This document shows positions 63,300 to 64,000 of a stretch of DNA of 64,000 nucleotides, piece by piece; position 1 is the first letter of the stretch; each line of letters begins with the position of its first letter. The stretch is from Candidatus Babeliales bacterium (lineage in GTDB: Bacteria; Babelota; Babeliae; Babelales; JBFXEV01): assembly GCA_050179755.1 (NCBI GenBank), contig JBFXEV010000001.1, forward strand, positions 677,940 through 741,939, written 5' to 3'. The notes beneath the pieces are model-generated. The model saw nothing but the letters and a program-made list of their open reading frames with translations. It was not told the DNA's origin and made no database searches. Made by a program: the position numbers and the translations under genes.

Positions 63300-64000
63300 A
63301 TGAATACCAACAGAATTGTTCTCTTCTTGTCTCTTGTTTCATCACTCTCTGTCGTTACGATGGATCAAAGCACATACACCCAAAGCTTAACTTCAGACAC
63401 CAAATTATTACAGGCAATTTGCCAAGGCCCAAAACCAGAAGATCATATTTTTTGTGAAGCACGTGTTATAAAAGTAAGCGAAGAAAATTCTTTTGATGCA
63501 ACCGTTATGCCTCCAAGCGAAGATACTATGAATATGTCTATCATGGAATTTGGAGGAAAATGTCTAGAACCTGCTTTTGAAGCAACATCAACTGCCATTA
63601 CATTTAAAACCCATCCCGTGTTGCAAAGTTTAAAACGAGCAGGCACTCTCGCTTTAATATGCGTACACGGTACCTATTCAAAAGATATGGGATTTGGGGA
63701 TAAGATTGAAAGAAAATCCACGCATGCGATAATAGACTTGGCTCATACTTTAGGTATTTCATATAATAAATCTGTAGAAATTATTTCATTTGCATGGTCT
63801 GGCATATTAGATATCAAGGCGCGAAAAGAAGCAGGTAAGCAACTTGCTGATTTTTTAATAGAAAAGAAAAAAGCATACGATCTTGTTTGGACTATTGCAC
63901 ATTCACATGGTTGTAACGTAGTTAATTGGGCAGGGCTTGATATGTTAAAAGACGGGCATCAAGTGCCCATAGATACTGCAATTCATCTGGCATCACCCAC
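63300..64000 (+). CDS. Secreted alpha/beta-hydrolase (lipase-like), 3' end leaves the window (partial)
   Basis: Not in the track. GAGG precedes ATG 63300. Leader MNTNRIVLFLSLVSSLSVVT. LICVHGTYS... and nucleophile-elbow-like WTIAHSHGCNV. Confidence 0.6.
   Translation, partial: MNTNRIVLFLSLVSSLSVVTMDQSTYTQSLTSDTKLLQAICQGPKPEDHIFCEARVIKVSEENSFDATVMPPSEDTMNMSIMEFGGKCLEPAFEATSTAITFKTHPVLQSLKRAGTLALICVHGTYSKDMGFGDKIERKSTHAIIDLAHTLGISYNKSVEIISFAWSGILDIKARKEAGKQLADFLIEKKKAYDLVWTIAHSHGCNVVNWAGLDMLKDGHQVPIDTAIHLASP

Noticed and set aside
1-64000. CRISPR arrays, tRNA/rRNA genes, IS elements, transposases and integrases.
   Set aside because: I saw no regularly spaced direct repeats, no tRNA T-loop/acceptor patterns, and no DDE, tyrosine or serine recombinase motifs in any long ORF. 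The visual scan is not exhaustive for tRNAs, so tRNAscan-SE or ARAGORN should confirm.

Overview
AT-rich bacterial chromosomal segment. By eye I found no rRNA, tRNA, CRISPR array or transposase. Clear housekeeping genes are deaD, leuS, uvrB, galU, dps, rnhB, lnt, a transaldolase, an ABC-2 exporter, an ATP-dependent DNA ligase and a GH1 glycosidase. Between them is an unusually heavy load of leader-bearing, eukaryote-like or orphan secreted proteins. This fits a host-associated, amoeba-type intracellular bacterium such as the Dependentiae/TM6 lineage; that placement is inference, not shown by the sequence. The main items follow. (1) Two tandem genes fuse a secretion leader to a eukaryotic SKP1-like domain and a WD40 propeller (4.6-8.0 kb). 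(2) A polymorphic-toxin-like locus has a 737-aa protein with a separate C-terminal module. It is translationally coupled (TAATG) to three copies of a helical immunity-like module (12.2-16.1 kb). (3) A roughly 17-kb secretome island (38.9-56 kb) holds three lineage-specific paralog families (A x5, B x6, C x2). Embedded in it is an operon for a small beta-helix-like protein, a 595-aa putative outer-membrane protein and an 810-aa esterase-domain protein. (4) An 86-87 bp promoter/leader module is duplicated in front of that operon and in front of lnt. (5) A roughly 200-nt multi-hairpin repeat occurs 2.5 times, with compensatory base-pair changes between copies. (6) A plasmid-like maintenance cluster contains a standalone LigD polymerase domain, a Phd/RelE pair and ParA plus an RHH protein. 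(7) Six ankyrin-repeat proteins are present. Many starts in the ORF track are over-extended TTG/GTG starts; I re-set them where an ATG with a Shine-Dalgarno sequence or an internal promoter supports it.
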